Assembly (NCBI GenBank): GCA_018064695.1
Contig: JAGHUU010000077.1
Coordinates: 1-39,525, forward strand
Direction of reading: 5' to 3'
DNA: 39,525 nucleotides
Source: Candidatus Blautia equi
Lineage (GTDB): Bacteria > Bacillota > Clostridia > Lachnospirales > Lachnospiraceae
Below, piece after piece: positions 18,887 to 29,500 of the stretch. Both the position numbers and the translations under genes were made by a program. The notes under the pieces were generated by a model. That model did no database searches and was not told where the DNA came from. It worked only from the letters and a program-made list of their open reading frames with translations. Numbering within the stretch: the stretch's first letter is position 1; each line of letters starts with the position of its first letter.

Positions 18887-20070
18887 CAGAATTTCACCAT
18901 CTTGCAATGGTACAGCTTACAGCTGTGGCCTGCCACGTTTACGCGATGATAATCGCGGACCTTGCCCAGCTTTTCCCCGGTGAAGACGTCCGTCATTTCC
19001 AGCCCGTAACCGCTGGCGTATGGAATACCGATGTCGGAGAAAGTGCAGAGCATTTCCTGCTCTTTTTCATACAGATTATAGTAGGCAAGGACAAATTCCT
19101 GATCGGAAAGTACCTTAAGGAATGTATATAACTGATCTTCAATAAAGCGAAGAGGCTCCACTGCGTTCTCACGGTCCTCCACCGGCTCACATACCAGACG
19201 CTTGTTTACCAGGTACGGCGGGCGGCATTCGGCATCCTGATCCATAGCCAGAAGCATTGGATTCTGCACCAGCTCTTTCATGGCAGGAGACATGGAGCGT
19301 AGATCAGCACCCAGCATCAGAGGCACACCGGCCAGACACCAGAGACTGAACTGCACGCGGTACTCATCGTCTGTACACGGTTTTCCAATGGCCACATTGC
19401 CTTTGTTATACATGCCTACAGTCAGCATGTCCATGTCGTTGAAGCAGAAAGGACCGGACTGGCTGAGACGGTTTAACTGTGACTGAAAGATTCCCACAAA
19501 GGAGCGGAAGTTGTCAAAGATATCTCCGGTGGAGCGGTACATATGGGCACCCACGGAGCGCATCCAGTCCCAGCAATCTCTGTGACCCCAGTTGCAGGCA
19601 GAGAAGAGGATCTCTCTTCCGGTGGATTTAAGTGCCATGCTCATGGTGAGGTAGCGGTTCTTGCAGTCTGCATTCTCCGGGAAATTGCAGAAGTCATATT
19701 TCAGGAAATCCACGCCCCAGTCTGCAAAGGTCTGCGCATCCTGATACTCGTGGTCATAGCTGGAAGGATAACCTGCGCAGGTGAGAATACCGGAGCAGGA
19801 ATACATGCCGAATTTCAGACCTTTGCTGTGGACATAGTCCGCAACAGCCTTCATGCCGTGTGGAAATTTAGCCGGATCCGGTACCAGATAGCCGTTCTCG
19901 TCGCGCTGTTTCAAAGACCAGCAGTCATCGATGACCAGATATTCATATCCGGCATCCTTATATCCATCCGAAACCATTCTGTCAGCCATCTCAAAGATGA
20001 GCTGTTCGGAGATATTCGCGCCAAATGTGTTCCAGGAATTCCATCCCATAGGTGGTGTTTTTGCAATCAT
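18886..20070 (-). CDS. GH27 alpha-galactosidase (or related GH27 exoglycosidase)
   Basis: TPPMGWNSWN, IDDCW, KFPHGMK, WGVDFLKYDFC and RSTGDI motifs. No signal peptide. Confidence 0.93.
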   Translation of the reverse strand: MIAKTPPMGWNSWNTFGANISEQLIFEMADRMVSDGYKDAGYEYLVIDDCWSLKQRDENGYLVPDPAKFPHGMKAVADYVHSKGLKFGMYSCSGILTCAGYPSSYDHEYQDAQTFADWGVDFLKYDFCNFPENADCKNRYLTMSMALKSTGREILFSACNWGHRDCWDWMRSVGAHMYRSTGDIFDNFRSFVGIFQSQLNRLSQSGPFCFNDMDMLTVGMYNKGNVAIGKPCTDDEYRVQFSLWCLAGVPLMLGADLRSMSPAMKELVQNPMLLAMDQDAECRPPYLVNKRLVCEPVEDRENAVEPLRFIEDQLYTFLKVLSDQEFVLAYYNLYEKEQEMLCTFSDIGIPYASGYGLEMTDVFTGEKLGKVRDYHRVNVAGHSCKLYHCKMVKF

Positions 20071-20837
20071 CTCAGTTCCTCCTTATATGAAATTGCAGCT
20101 ATATCATAACTTTGATCTGTCTCGCAGATCTTACGTATCCCGCCGTCGGCAACCACATAAGCTTCCCCGTAAACTGTTTCCTGCCCATCAATAGAGAGGA
20201 GATAGCTGCCATCCGGCAGTGCCAGAAAATGGCGGCCGTAGCTGTCGCCATAGGTGATGTCCTCAAAGAGACGCTGTCCGTCCAGCCGGAAGTCCTTCAC
20301 CATCTGATAATGGGGCAGGATCTGTGTCTTTGTAAGGCCGAGACCCGTCAGGAAACGCTGATAGCCTGGATCGGAAGCCTCCCCGGGCTCCTCCGGCTGG
20401 GAATAGACTTCATCCGCACAGTTCATGGTGCCGGCACTGATGCCGATGAGGATGCCGCTGTAATTCACAAGTTTTTCCCGCAGCTGAAGCTGATGGAAAT
20501 AGGCATTCTGGGTAGGCACATGACCGCCGCCAAGGAAGATCACCTGATAGGAGAGAAGTGTCTCTGAAGAAATATCAGGGGTTCTGCGATCTAAAAGGTC
20601 AAAGGCAGATACAGAGAGGGCAGCCTTTTCCACCGCATAACGGAAAAATCCGGTCATCTCATCGTTCTGTTCAAAGGCATCCGGAGATGCGGTGATCATA
20701 AGGCACCTGGCATCCTGCGGCCATAAGGCGCGGAGCTTCTCCACAAAGCCGTTCATCTCATCCAGGCCGTCCACATAGCGGCTCTGATCCAGAGGACCGG
20801 AGGGGCTGCTGGTGAGAAAAATAATTTTATGATTCAT
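20067..20837 (-). CDS. Peptidase S51 / dipeptidase E-like (class I glutamine amidotransferase-like) protein
   Basis: FLGGGH, GISAG (nucleophile Ser) and ILPHY motifs. ATGA overlap with the GH27 start. Confidence 0.85.
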   Translation of the reverse strand: MNHKIIFLTSSPSGPLDQSRYVDGLDEMNGFVEKLRALWPQDARCLMITASPDAFEQNDEMTGFFRYAVEKAALSVSAFDLLDRRTPDISSETLLSYQVIFLGGGHVPTQNAYFHQLQLREKLVNYSGILIGISAGTMNCADEVYSQPEEPGEASDPGYQRFLTGLGLTKTQILPHYQMVKDFRLDGQRLFEDITYGDSYGRHFLALPDGSYLLSIDGQETVYGEAYVVADGGIRKICETDQSYDIAAISYKEELR

Positions 20838-20960
20838 GAGAATTTCCTCTGTTTTTGTGATAGAATACTACAAGCATTGTGCCACGCGGCACATAGAAAA
20901 GCAAGAGATATCGAGAGAATAGAGACACAGGAAACAAATCACCGGACAGGAGGCTGATCT

Positions 20961-21509
20961 ATGCAGACAGAATTCGTGATTCTTGATTTCATCCAGAATC
21001 TGCGGACACCTTTAGGGGATAAGATGATGCTGTTTTTCACCCGCCTTGGGGACCTCGGGCTCATCTGGATCCTGCTCACGCTGCTGTTGCTGATGAGAAA
21101 AGAGACAAGACGTACGGGAATGATCCTGGCGCTGGGCCTCATCATTGAGGCTGTTATCTGCAACCTCGGTCTGAAACCGCTGGTGGCCAGAACCAGACCG
21201 TTTGAGATCAATCCCACGGTGCAGCTGCTGGTTCGCATGCCCGTAGATTACTCTTTCCCATCCGGACACACGGCGGCTTCCTTTGCGGCAGCCTCAGGTC
21301 TATGGTTTGCCGGATGCAGAAAGCCTGCCGTCACAGCACTTATTTTATCCGCGCTCATCGCATTTTCCAGATTATATCTGTATGTCCATTTCCCCACGGA
21401 TGTGGCAGCAGGTCTGATCCTGGGTGTGCTCTCCGGATTTGCGGCAGCACAGATCGTAAAAAGTCTGGAGAAGAATAAAAAACAGAAACATATAAAAGGA
21501 GATCAGTAA
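20961..21509 (+). CDS. PAP2-family membrane phosphatase
   Basis: KPLVARTRP, SFPSGH and SRLYLYVHFPTDV motifs. Confidence 0.93.
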   Translation: MQTEFVILDFIQNLRTPLGDKMMLFFTRLGDLGLIWILLTLLLLMRKETRRTGMILALGLIIEAVICNLGLKPLVARTRPFEINPTVQLLVRMPVDYSFPSGHTAASFAAASGLWFAGCRKPAVTALILSALIAFSRLYLYVHFPTDVAAGLILGVLSGFAAAQIVKSLEKNKKQKHIKGDQ

Positions 21510-21511
21510 CC

Positions 21512-22972
21512 ATGCCATGTACTACCATCTTAGTTGGAAAAAAGGCCAGCCATGACGGCTCCACCATTATTTCCAGAAACGATGACGGCGGTTTTGAGGC
21601 CAAGCAGGTCCTGGTGATCAAACCGGAAAAACAGCCGGGAAAATATAAAACCGTTATTTCCCACCTCACCGTGGAGCTGCCGGATGATCCGCTGCAGTAT
21701 ACCTCCGTACCAAATGTGACAAAGACAAACGGTGTATGGCCTGCCTGCGGTATCAACTCTGCCAATGTAGCAATGACCGCCACAGAAACCATCACCAGCA
21801 ACCCGCGTGTAGTTGGTGCGGACCCATATGTGGTCTATCAGAAAAAAGAGGGAAGAAACGGAAAGGAAGTTCCGGGCGGAATCGGAGAGGAAGATCTGCT
21901 GACACTGGTGCTTCCTTACATTAAGAGCGCCAGAGAGGGCGTACTCCGCGTAGGCGCGCTGCTGGAACAATACGGTACCTACGAGGCCAACGGAATGGCC
22001 TTCAGCGATTCCGATGAGATCTGGTGGCTGGAGACCATCGGCGGTCATCACTGGATCGCAAAACGTGTGCCGGATGACCGTGTAGTCATCATGCCAAACC
22101 AGTTTGGTATGGATCAGTTTGATTTTGAGGATGCCTATGGTGCAAAGAAAGAGCACCTCTGCTCCGCTGACCTTAAGGATTTTGTGGAAAAGAATCATCT
22201 GTACACTGGGCGTGACGACGTGTTCAACCCTCGCCTGGCCTTTGGCTCCCGCGCAGATTCCGACCATATCTATAACACCCCTCGCGCCTGGTTCATGGCC
22301 CGCTATTTTATGGAGAGAACCTATAAGTGGGATGGACCGGATGCGGATTTCACTCCGGAGAGCAACGACATTCCATGGTCTCTGGTTCCGGAGAGAAAAG
22401 TTACGGTGGAGGATGTGCGCTATCTTCTGGGATCTTATTATCAGGGAACACCTTATAATCCTTATGACAACACCTCCCCGCTTAAGGGCAAATATCGCAC
22501 TATCGGCGTGCCGAACAGTGATGTATGCGGCATTCTCCAGATTCGCGGCTATATGCCGGATGCCATCAAGGGCGTGCACTGGTATTCTATGGGCGGAAGC
22601 GGCTTCACTGCATGCTTCCCGTTCTATGCCAATGTGGACGCGCTGCCCAAATATCTCAGCGGCACCACAGACACTGTTTCCACAGACAGCGCCTACTGGC
22701 AGAGCCGTCTGATCGCAGCCCTCACGGATGCCCACTACGGCAGCAATATCCTCTTTGACGAGAGATACCAGAAGGCAGTATGGAACCGGGGAACCCAGCT
22801 TCTGAACGAGTATGACGAAAAGATCCTGAAGGGGGAGGATGTGAAGCTCCTTTCGGAGGCAAACCAGAAGATTACGGATATGGTAAAGAAGGAGTCTGAC
22901 AAAGCACTGGGTGCTATTCTTCGAAGCTCCTCCGAGCACATGAAGATCCGCTATCACAGAGGCGACAATTAA
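21512..22972 (+). CDS. C69-family dipeptidase
   Basis: N-terminal nucleophile MPCTTILVGK, RNDD, GGIGEED, SAREGV and ETIGGHHW motifs. Confidence 0.93.
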   Translation: MPCTTILVGKKASHDGSTIISRNDDGGFEAKQVLVIKPEKQPGKYKTVISHLTVELPDDPLQYTSVPNVTKTNGVWPACGINSANVAMTATETITSNPRVVGADPYVVYQKKEGRNGKEVPGGIGEEDLLTLVLPYIKSAREGVLRVGALLEQYGTYEANGMAFSDSDEIWWLETIGGHHWIAKRVPDDRVVIMPNQFGMDQFDFEDAYGAKKEHLCSADLKDFVEKNHLYTGRDDVFNPRLAFGSRADSDHIYNTPRAWFMARYFMERTYKWDGPDADFTPESNDIPWSLVPERKVTVEDVRYLLGSYYQGTPYNPYDNTSPLKGKYRTIGVPNSDVCGILQIRGYMPDAIKGVHWYSMGGSGFTACFPFYANVDALPKYLSGTTDTVSTDSAYWQSRLIAALTDAHYGSNILFDERYQKAVWNRGTQLLNEYDEKILKGEDVKLLSEANQKITDMVKKESDKALGAILRSSSEHMKIRYHRGDN

Positions 22973-23009
22973 TAAACATAGTAATAAAGGAAATGGGTTT
23001 TAAAAAGAT

Positions 23010-23540
23010 ATGCTTGATTTATTTATGACATTTTTCCGTATCGGAATACTGACCTTTGGCGGCGGTCTGACCATGCTGCCTATGCTGAAATATGAGATCG
23101 TGGAGAAAAAGAAATGGTGCAGCGAGGAACAGCTGCTGGACTGCTATGCGGTGGGACAGTGCACTCCGGGCATCATTGCAGTCAACACGGCAACCTACGT
23201 AGGATACCTGCAGAACGGCATTGCCGGCGGCATCTGGGCTACTTTTGGAATGGTAGCGCCATCTCTGCTCATTATCACTGTAGTTGCTGCTTTTCTTCGC
23301 CAGTTCATGGACAATATCTGGCTGCAGCATGCCCTCATGGGTATCCGCGGTGTGGTATGTGCCCTGATGTTCAATACAGTGATCAATCTGGCTAAGAAGA
23401 GTCTGGTCCACCCGATCTGCTATGTGATCTGCCTGGTGGCTTTTCTGCTTGCCATGTTTACAGACATTCCTACCATCCTTATTGTGGTGGCTTCCGCAGT
23501 TGCCGGAAATCTTCTGGCTAAGAAGGGAGGTCAGGCATAA
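23010..23540 (+). CDS. Short-chain chromate transporter (CHR), subunit 1
   Basis: IGILTFGGG, Q.TPG.IAVN motifs, hydrophobic. Confidence 0.92.
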   Translation: MLDLFMTFFRIGILTFGGGLTMLPMLKYEIVEKKKWCSEEQLLDCYAVGQCTPGIIAVNTATYVGYLQNGIAGGIWATFGMVAPSLLIITVVAAFLRQFMDNIWLQHALMGIRGVVCALMFNTVINLAKKSLVHPICYVICLVAFLLAMFTDIPTILIVVASAVAGNLLAKKGGQA

Positions 23541-24106
23541 TGGTTGATATAATCTTGCTTCTGAAAGTATTCTGGGAATTTTTTAAGATCGGCCTTTTTG
23601 CTGTGGGCGGCGGCCCGGCTACCATCCCGTTCTTATTTGAGCTCAGCGATAAGACCGGCTGGTTCACCAACCAGGAGCTCACCAACATGATCGCAGTCAG
23701 CGAATCCACGCCCGGCCCAATCGGCCTTAACATGGCTACCTATGTAGGCTTCAGGACGCTTGGCTTCTTTGGCGGTGTGGTATCCACCTTTGGACTGGTG
23801 CTTCCAAGCATTGTAGTTATTATTCTGATCGCCAAATTTCTGGCTAACTTCAGCGAGAATAAACGCGTGAAACGCGCCTTCTGGGGAATCCGCCCGGCCG
23901 TTACCGGACTGATCCTCTCCGCAGTCATCAGCATGTGGCGTGCATCCCTGCTCATCATCAAAGACACCGGCTATGCACCGGCAACAGGCAGCATCATCGT
24001 ATGTCTGGTCACCATCGTGCTCATGCAGGTGCTGCAGAAAAAGAAATTCCACCCTGCTGTATGGCTCCTCGGAGGCGCTGTTGTGGGATTGCTGTTTCGA
24101 TTATAA
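23540..24106 (+). CDS. Short-chain chromate transporter (CHR), subunit 2
   Basis: FKIGLFAVGGG and SESTPGPIGLNMATYVG motifs. TAATG coupling with subunit 1. Confidence 0.92.
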   Translation: MVDIILLLKVFWEFFKIGLFAVGGGPATIPFLFELSDKTGWFTNQELTNMIAVSESTPGPIGLNMATYVGFRTLGFFGGVVSTFGLVLPSIVVIILIAKFLANFSENKRVKRAFWGIRPAVTGLILSAVISMWRASLLIIKDTGYAPATGSIIVCLVTIVLMQVLQKKKFHPAVWLLGGAVVGLLFRL

Positions 24107-24159
24107 AATAAAAGAGAGGATACTGTGCATCAGTTATCTGCACAGTATCCTCTTTTATT
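24107..24159. terminator. Bidirectional intrinsic terminator
   Basis: AGAGGATACTGTGCA...TGCACAGTATCCTCT with flanking A/T tracts. Confidence 0.85.
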
Positions 24160-24174
24160 GTGTATATAATCCAT

Positions 24175-25164
24175 TCAGAGATACTGCTCCGCCAGTCTTC
24201 GGATCTCTGTCTGCATGGCTTCCACCACAGACTCCGGACCGATGATGCGCACGCCCTTTCCAAGAGCGATGATCCAGCCAAGGAACGGGCCGCTGGCGAT
24301 GACCTGCACATGGGTGCGGAAATGACCCTCATCCACAGGGATCAGCATGATATCCTTGCCAAAACGGTCGATGATGGTGCCTGCCAGATAGTTTTCGCAG
24401 AGCAGGGTGACGGAGACTTCCTCGCCGCCGTACATGCCGAAGAGGCCCTTGGAATACCGGGGCAGATTCATCTCCTGAAAGATTTCCTTTCCCTCTCTTT
24501 TCTCCTTTGAGACCTCCAGATTCTTCATCTTGTCCACGCGGTAATGCTTCATAATTCCGCTCTCTCCGTCAAAGCCGATGAGATAATAATTCTCATCATC
24601 CCACACAAGAGCCCAGGGGCTGATGTAATACCATGCGCCGTCGTGGCGGAATTCCTCCTCTTTTTTCACGTTCCACTGAAAATACCGGAATTTGATCTGC
24701 CGATCCTGATTGATGGCGGAATGGATCTTATCCACGCTGTAATAGATACTCTCGTTCATGGTTTTTACACGGCCGGAGAGAACCACCTGTCTGTGAAGCT
24801 GACGGGCCTCATAAACACTGACCAGAGATTCCAGTTTTTTAATGAGGTCCCTGGATTTGCGTTCGGTGATAAACTTGGAGCCCTGCACGGCATCCACCAG
24901 AAGCTTCAGCTCCGGCAGTTCAAAATCCTTGCTGAGAAGACGGTAGTAGACATTTCTTCCATCCTGCTCGCTTACGATTTCCATGCCGAAATGCCGCAGT
25001 TCTTCCAGATCTAGATAGATGGTCTTTCTATCGGCATTCACTTCATATTCATTCAGAAGCGTGATCATTTCCTGCACGGAAATACCATGCTCCTCATCTG
25101 TTTTCTCTTTTAAGATCTTTGCCAGAAACAATAGCTTCAGTTTCTGATTGTTGCCCTTTGCCAT
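24175..25164 (-). CDS. WYL-domain transcriptional regulator (wHTH-WYL-WCX)
   Basis: N-terminal wHTH (DRKTIYLDLEELR), WYL core (SPWALVW...NYYLIG...YRVDKM) and WCX tail (GWIIALGKGVRIIGPESV). Confidence 0.93.
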   Translation of the reverse strand: MAKGNNQKLKLLFLAKILKEKTDEEHGISVQEMITLLNEYEVNADRKTIYLDLEELRHFGMEIVSEQDGRNVYYRLLSKDFELPELKLLVDAVQGSKFITERKSRDLIKKLESLVSVYEARQLHRQVVLSGRVKTMNESIYYSVDKIHSAINQDRQIKFRYFQWNVKKEEEFRHDGAWYYISPWALVWDDENYYLIGFDGESGIMKHYRVDKMKNLEVSKEKREGKEIFQEMNLPRYSKGLFGMYGGEEVSVTLLCENYLAGTIIDRFGKDIMLIPVDEGHFRTHVQVIASGPFLGWIIALGKGVRIIGPESVVEAMQTEIRRLAEQYL

Positions 25165-25341
25165 GATGAATTTCCTCCCGCTTTCCTTTCCCCCTGAAAA
25201 GCTATAAATATAAAGAGATTATACCACTTTATTACCCTGAGGTATATGTATCTGAATGCGTAATGATTTTCTTTTTCCACAGCACAGGACTATATGATAT
25301 AGTAAGAAATATATTGCGCTTAATTTTTGGAGGAAATCCAC

Positions 25342-26583
25342 ATGAGATTTATTCATATATCAGATCTTCACCTGGGAAAGAACATTTACGGCGTTTCCAT
25401 GATCGAGAACGGCGACCAGACAGACTGGGTGGAGCAGTTTATTAAGACAGCCGGGGAGACAGCTCCGGATGCGGTGGTGATCGCGGGAGATGTCTATGAC
25501 AGAAGTTCCCCTTCCGGAGAAGCCGTGCTTTTGCTGGATCACCTGCTGACCGGGCTTTCGGAGCTTGGCATTCCGGTCCTTATGGTAGCCGGAAATCACG
25601 ACTCCGGGCAGAGGCTTTCCTTTGGAAAAAATCTTCTGTCACAGAATCAGATCTATATTTCCGGTACGCTGGATAAAAAGCTTACCTCTGTGCGTATTGC
25701 TTCCAAAGACGGCAAGGATAATACCGTTTTCTGGCTGATGCCGTATTTATTCCCGGCACTGGTAAGCCAGGTTCTTGAGGATGAGACCATCCACGACTAC
25801 GACACCGCGGTGCGCCGCCTTCTGGCAGCGCAGGAAATTGATTTTTCTGAGAAAAACATTCTCATTGCCCACCAGAACGTGACCGCAAACGGCGTGGAGG
25901 CCGAGCGCGGCGGCTCCGAGACCATGGTAGGCGGTGTAGGACAGATCGATTATACAGCCTTTGACGGCTTTACTTATGCTGCTCTGGGACACATCCATTC
26001 CGCATACCCTGTGGGCAGACCGGAGGTGCGCTACGCAGGTTCCCCTCTTTACTATCATTTTGATGAGCTTCGCCAGCCGGCAAAAGGACCGCTCCTGGTG
26101 GAGGTTGGTGAAGACGGCGCAGTTACCAGCACGCTTCTTCACATCCCGCCCCTTCATAAGATGCGGGAGATCAAAGATACCTATGCAAATATCAAAGAGA
26201 ATCTGGAGCAGAATGAGATCAGAGAGGAATACCTCCGCGTTGTTGTCACAGATCAGAAAATTACGCCGGAGATCTCCGGCTTCCTACGGGATATCTGTGA
26301 GAGCAGGGACAGCATCCTTATGGAGCTGATCTCCGAGTATCAGGAATTCACATCCGTAGGTCATGGTGTAACCAGAGAGGAAGCGGAGGAAGCTTCTCTG
26401 GAGGAGCTCTTTACCAGATTCTTTAAAGAGCGACGAGGCGGAGAGGCACCGGACGAGAAAGAACAGGCCATTCTTCGCACAGCGGAGGAAATCCTGCAGG
26501 ATCATAAAGGAGCAGATTCCAGAGAACCGCAGGAAAAAGCAGTAGACCGTCTGCTGAAATTTATTTTGGGACAGGAGGAATAA
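25342..26583 (+). CDS. sbcD: Exonuclease SbcCD subunit D
   Basis: HISDLHLG, AGDVYD, AGNHDS, AHQ, ALGHIH and YAGSP motifs. ATG 25342 follows GGAGG. Confidence 0.95.
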   Translation: MRFIHISDLHLGKNIYGVSMIENGDQTDWVEQFIKTAGETAPDAVVIAGDVYDRSSPSGEAVLLLDHLLTGLSELGIPVLMVAGNHDSGQRLSFGKNLLSQNQIYISGTLDKKLTSVRIASKDGKDNTVFWLMPYLFPALVSQVLEDETIHDYDTAVRRLLAAQEIDFSEKNILIAHQNVTANGVEAERGGSETMVGGVGQIDYTAFDGFTYAALGHIHSAYPVGRPEVRYAGSPLYYHFDELRQPAKGPLLVEVGEDGAVTSTLLHIPPLHKMREIKDTYANIKENLEQNEIREEYLRVVVTDQKITPEISGFLRDICESRDSILMELISEYQEFTSVGHGVTREEAEEASLEELFTRFFKERRGGEAPDEKEQAILRTAEEILQDHKGADSREPQEKAVDRLLKFILGQEE

Positions 26584-26586
26584 GGC

Positions 26587-29500
26587 ATGAAACCGATACG
26601 TTTGGAAATGACCGCCTTTGGCTCTTATGCAGAGACCACGGTGATAGATTTTGACGCCTTTTCTTCCGGTCTTTACCTTATAACAGGTGACACCGGTGCG
26701 GGAAAGACCACCATCTTTGACGCCATCATGATCGCCCTCTTCGGAGAAGCCAGCGGAAAACCGGAGTCCGGAAAGAACAACGATGCAAAGCCCCGTTCTT
26801 TTGAAAAACTTCACTCCGATTACGTGGATCAGAGTGTATCCAGCAAAGTGGTTCTGGAATTTCTCCAGAACGGAAAAGTATATAAGGTCAGCCGTGAGCT
26901 GGGCTACAGAAAAGCCCGCGGCGGCGGATACGGCAGCGTGAAAACCGAATCTCACCTCTGGGAGCCGGAAAAAGACCCTCTGGAAGGTGACGGCAAGGTC
27001 ACAGCCAGAATCACAGAGATCATAGGCATGGACGGCGAGAAATTCCGTAAGATCATCATGCTTGCCCAGGGAGAGTTCAAGAAATTCCTGCAGGCCAGCC
27101 CGGAGGATAAGGGAAAGATCTTAGGAGACCTTTTTGACAGCTCCGCCTATGCTTACTATCAGAACCTGCTGAACGGTGCCAGAGAAAAACTGGAGGAGAT
27201 CCGCGGCGGCTACGTGCGCTCCATAGAGAGTGCCATGGAAAACTTTATCCGCCCGGAAGGCGCAGGGGAGGAATTCCTTCCCGGACACTCCGCGCTGCTG
27301 GACAGCCTGATCAGTCTTGCGGAGGAGGATAAAAAGGTCGAGACCCGCATGGAACAGGCCATGAATGAGATCCAGGAAACCATAAGGAGACTCACCCGGG
27401 AGGAGACCAGCGCTGTCAGCAACAACCAGTTTTTAAAGGAACTGGAGGACCAGCGGGCACACCTTACAGGACTTAATGAACAGCAGCAGTCCATGCAGGA
27501 TCTGAAGGAACAGGTGGACGTGGTGATCCGCGCCCAGCGTTTTGTGACCCCTGTGGAGACAGAGCGCGACCGCTGTGCAAAAGAAAAAGAACAGCTGGTG
27601 AAAACCATTGACTCTCAGAAAACCGAGGAAGCAAGACAGGAACAGGAGACAGCTGCAGCCGCTGCCAGAGTGCAGGCGGACGATCCCCTGAAAAAAGAAC
27701 GGGATCAGCTGAATGTTCAGATCCAGAACCTGGAAAACTCTTTTGCAGACTACCAAAAACTTGCAGCTGCCGCGAAGGCGCAGACAGAAACAGAGGAGAA
27801 GCTGAGAAAGGCCGATAAAAACGTGCAGGATGCTGAGGCTTTTCTGGAAGCGCAGGATAAGAAGATTCTCTCTTTTGAACAGGCACAGGAGCAGTTCCAG
27901 GGCATCGACGGCCGGGTGGAGCGCGCAAAAACAGCGGCAAAAGAAGCCAAAGAGGCACAGAATATTCTGACCGATCCTAAAACCGGTGTGGTTGCCATCT
28001 GCCGTACTATTGAAGCACAGGAAAAGAACAGAGATCAGCGGCTTGCCGAGGCCTTAAAGCTGAATCATGAAATGCAGGCTGCATTTGAGAAATACAGAAT
28101 CTTAAATGAGCGCTATATTGCCGGACAGGCAGGTATTCTGGCTGAGAAGCTGGGTCAGGACATTGCAGATCAGGGAGAAGCCTGCTGTCCTGTATGTAAT
28201 ACCATCTTAAAGCGCAGTGACGCCCTTCATCTGGCGAAAAAAATGCAGGAGACCCCTTCCGAGGATCAGGTAAAAGCCGCTTATGAAGTCTATCAGACCT
28301 GCGCGGACAGGGTAACTTCCAAACAGGCAGAAGTGACGGAGATGGAGATGTCCCTGGAGAATCTAAAGCTTAACGCACTTAACGCAGTTCAAAAGCTCCG
28401 GGAAGACTGTCAGGATTATGCAACACTCTCCGGACGGGAATTCCTCCTGGAACTTGACAGGGAACTAAAGCAGAAGGTGGAAGCCGCTGCGCTGTATCAT
28501 GAGGAGCTCCTGAAACAGAAAGAGAAAGCTGAAAAACTGCAGGAAGAACTGAAAGACACCAGAACTATCCGTACCAGAGCCGACCAGGCCCTTGGAAAAT
28601 GGCGGGAGGAATATAACAGACAGAAGGAATATCTGGCACGGGTGAAAGCGGCCATAGAGACCAACCGCGATAACCTGCCTTATGAGAACGAGGAGAAAGC
28701 CAGAGCAGTTCAGGGAACCATGATCCGGAAACGAAATGATCTTGTGCGCCTGATCGAGGAACATCAGACCCTTCTGGAGCAGAAGCAGGGAAGATTGAAT
28801 CAGATCTCCGGTGCCCTTCGAAGCAATACAGAGAATCTGCCAAAGAGGGAGCAGGCCCTGACGGATGCCTGCCGGAAGCTGGAAAAAGCACTGGAGGATC
28901 ATGGATTTGCCACTGTGGAGGCCGTCCATGCAGTTCTGCTTCCTGCGGAGGAGGAATCCGGAAATGTGGAGATCTGGATCCGCAGAAAGGAGAAGATCCT
29001 GAATGATTACGATGCGGACTGCAAAAATACCCGCAGCCGCGTGAACGAGCTGGAGGAGAAGACAGCAAATCTTAAATATGTGGATGTGGAGCTTCTGAAG
29101 GAACAGATCACAGCCGCCGAGGCAGAGAGAAAAGCTGTGGATAAAGAGCAGAAGGACTTCCATGCAAAGGCGGAAAATCATAAACAGACATTGAAACGTG
29201 TATCCGATGCCCGCAAAGAGCTTGCAGGCACAGATACCGCTTATAGACGCATCGACCGTCTGGCTGCTCTGGCTGCGGCCAGAGAAAACACCGAGGGCGG
29301 CAAGCTGAGCTTTGAGAGATATGTCATGGGCGGCGTATTCCGTGAGATCCTCTCCATGGCAAACCAGCGGCTGGATGTGATGACCGGCGGAAAATACGAG
29401 CTGATCCATAAGCAGAGCGGCGCACATAAATATTCCCAGACCGGCTTTGGAATCAATGTGCTGGATCACACTACGGGTAAAGAGCGTCCGTCCGAGACCC

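Noticed and set aside
20878-20894. TGTGCC-ACGC-GGCACA palindrome in a divergent promoter region
   Set aside because: Single short occurrence with no regulator to link it to. It could be an operator but is unsupported.
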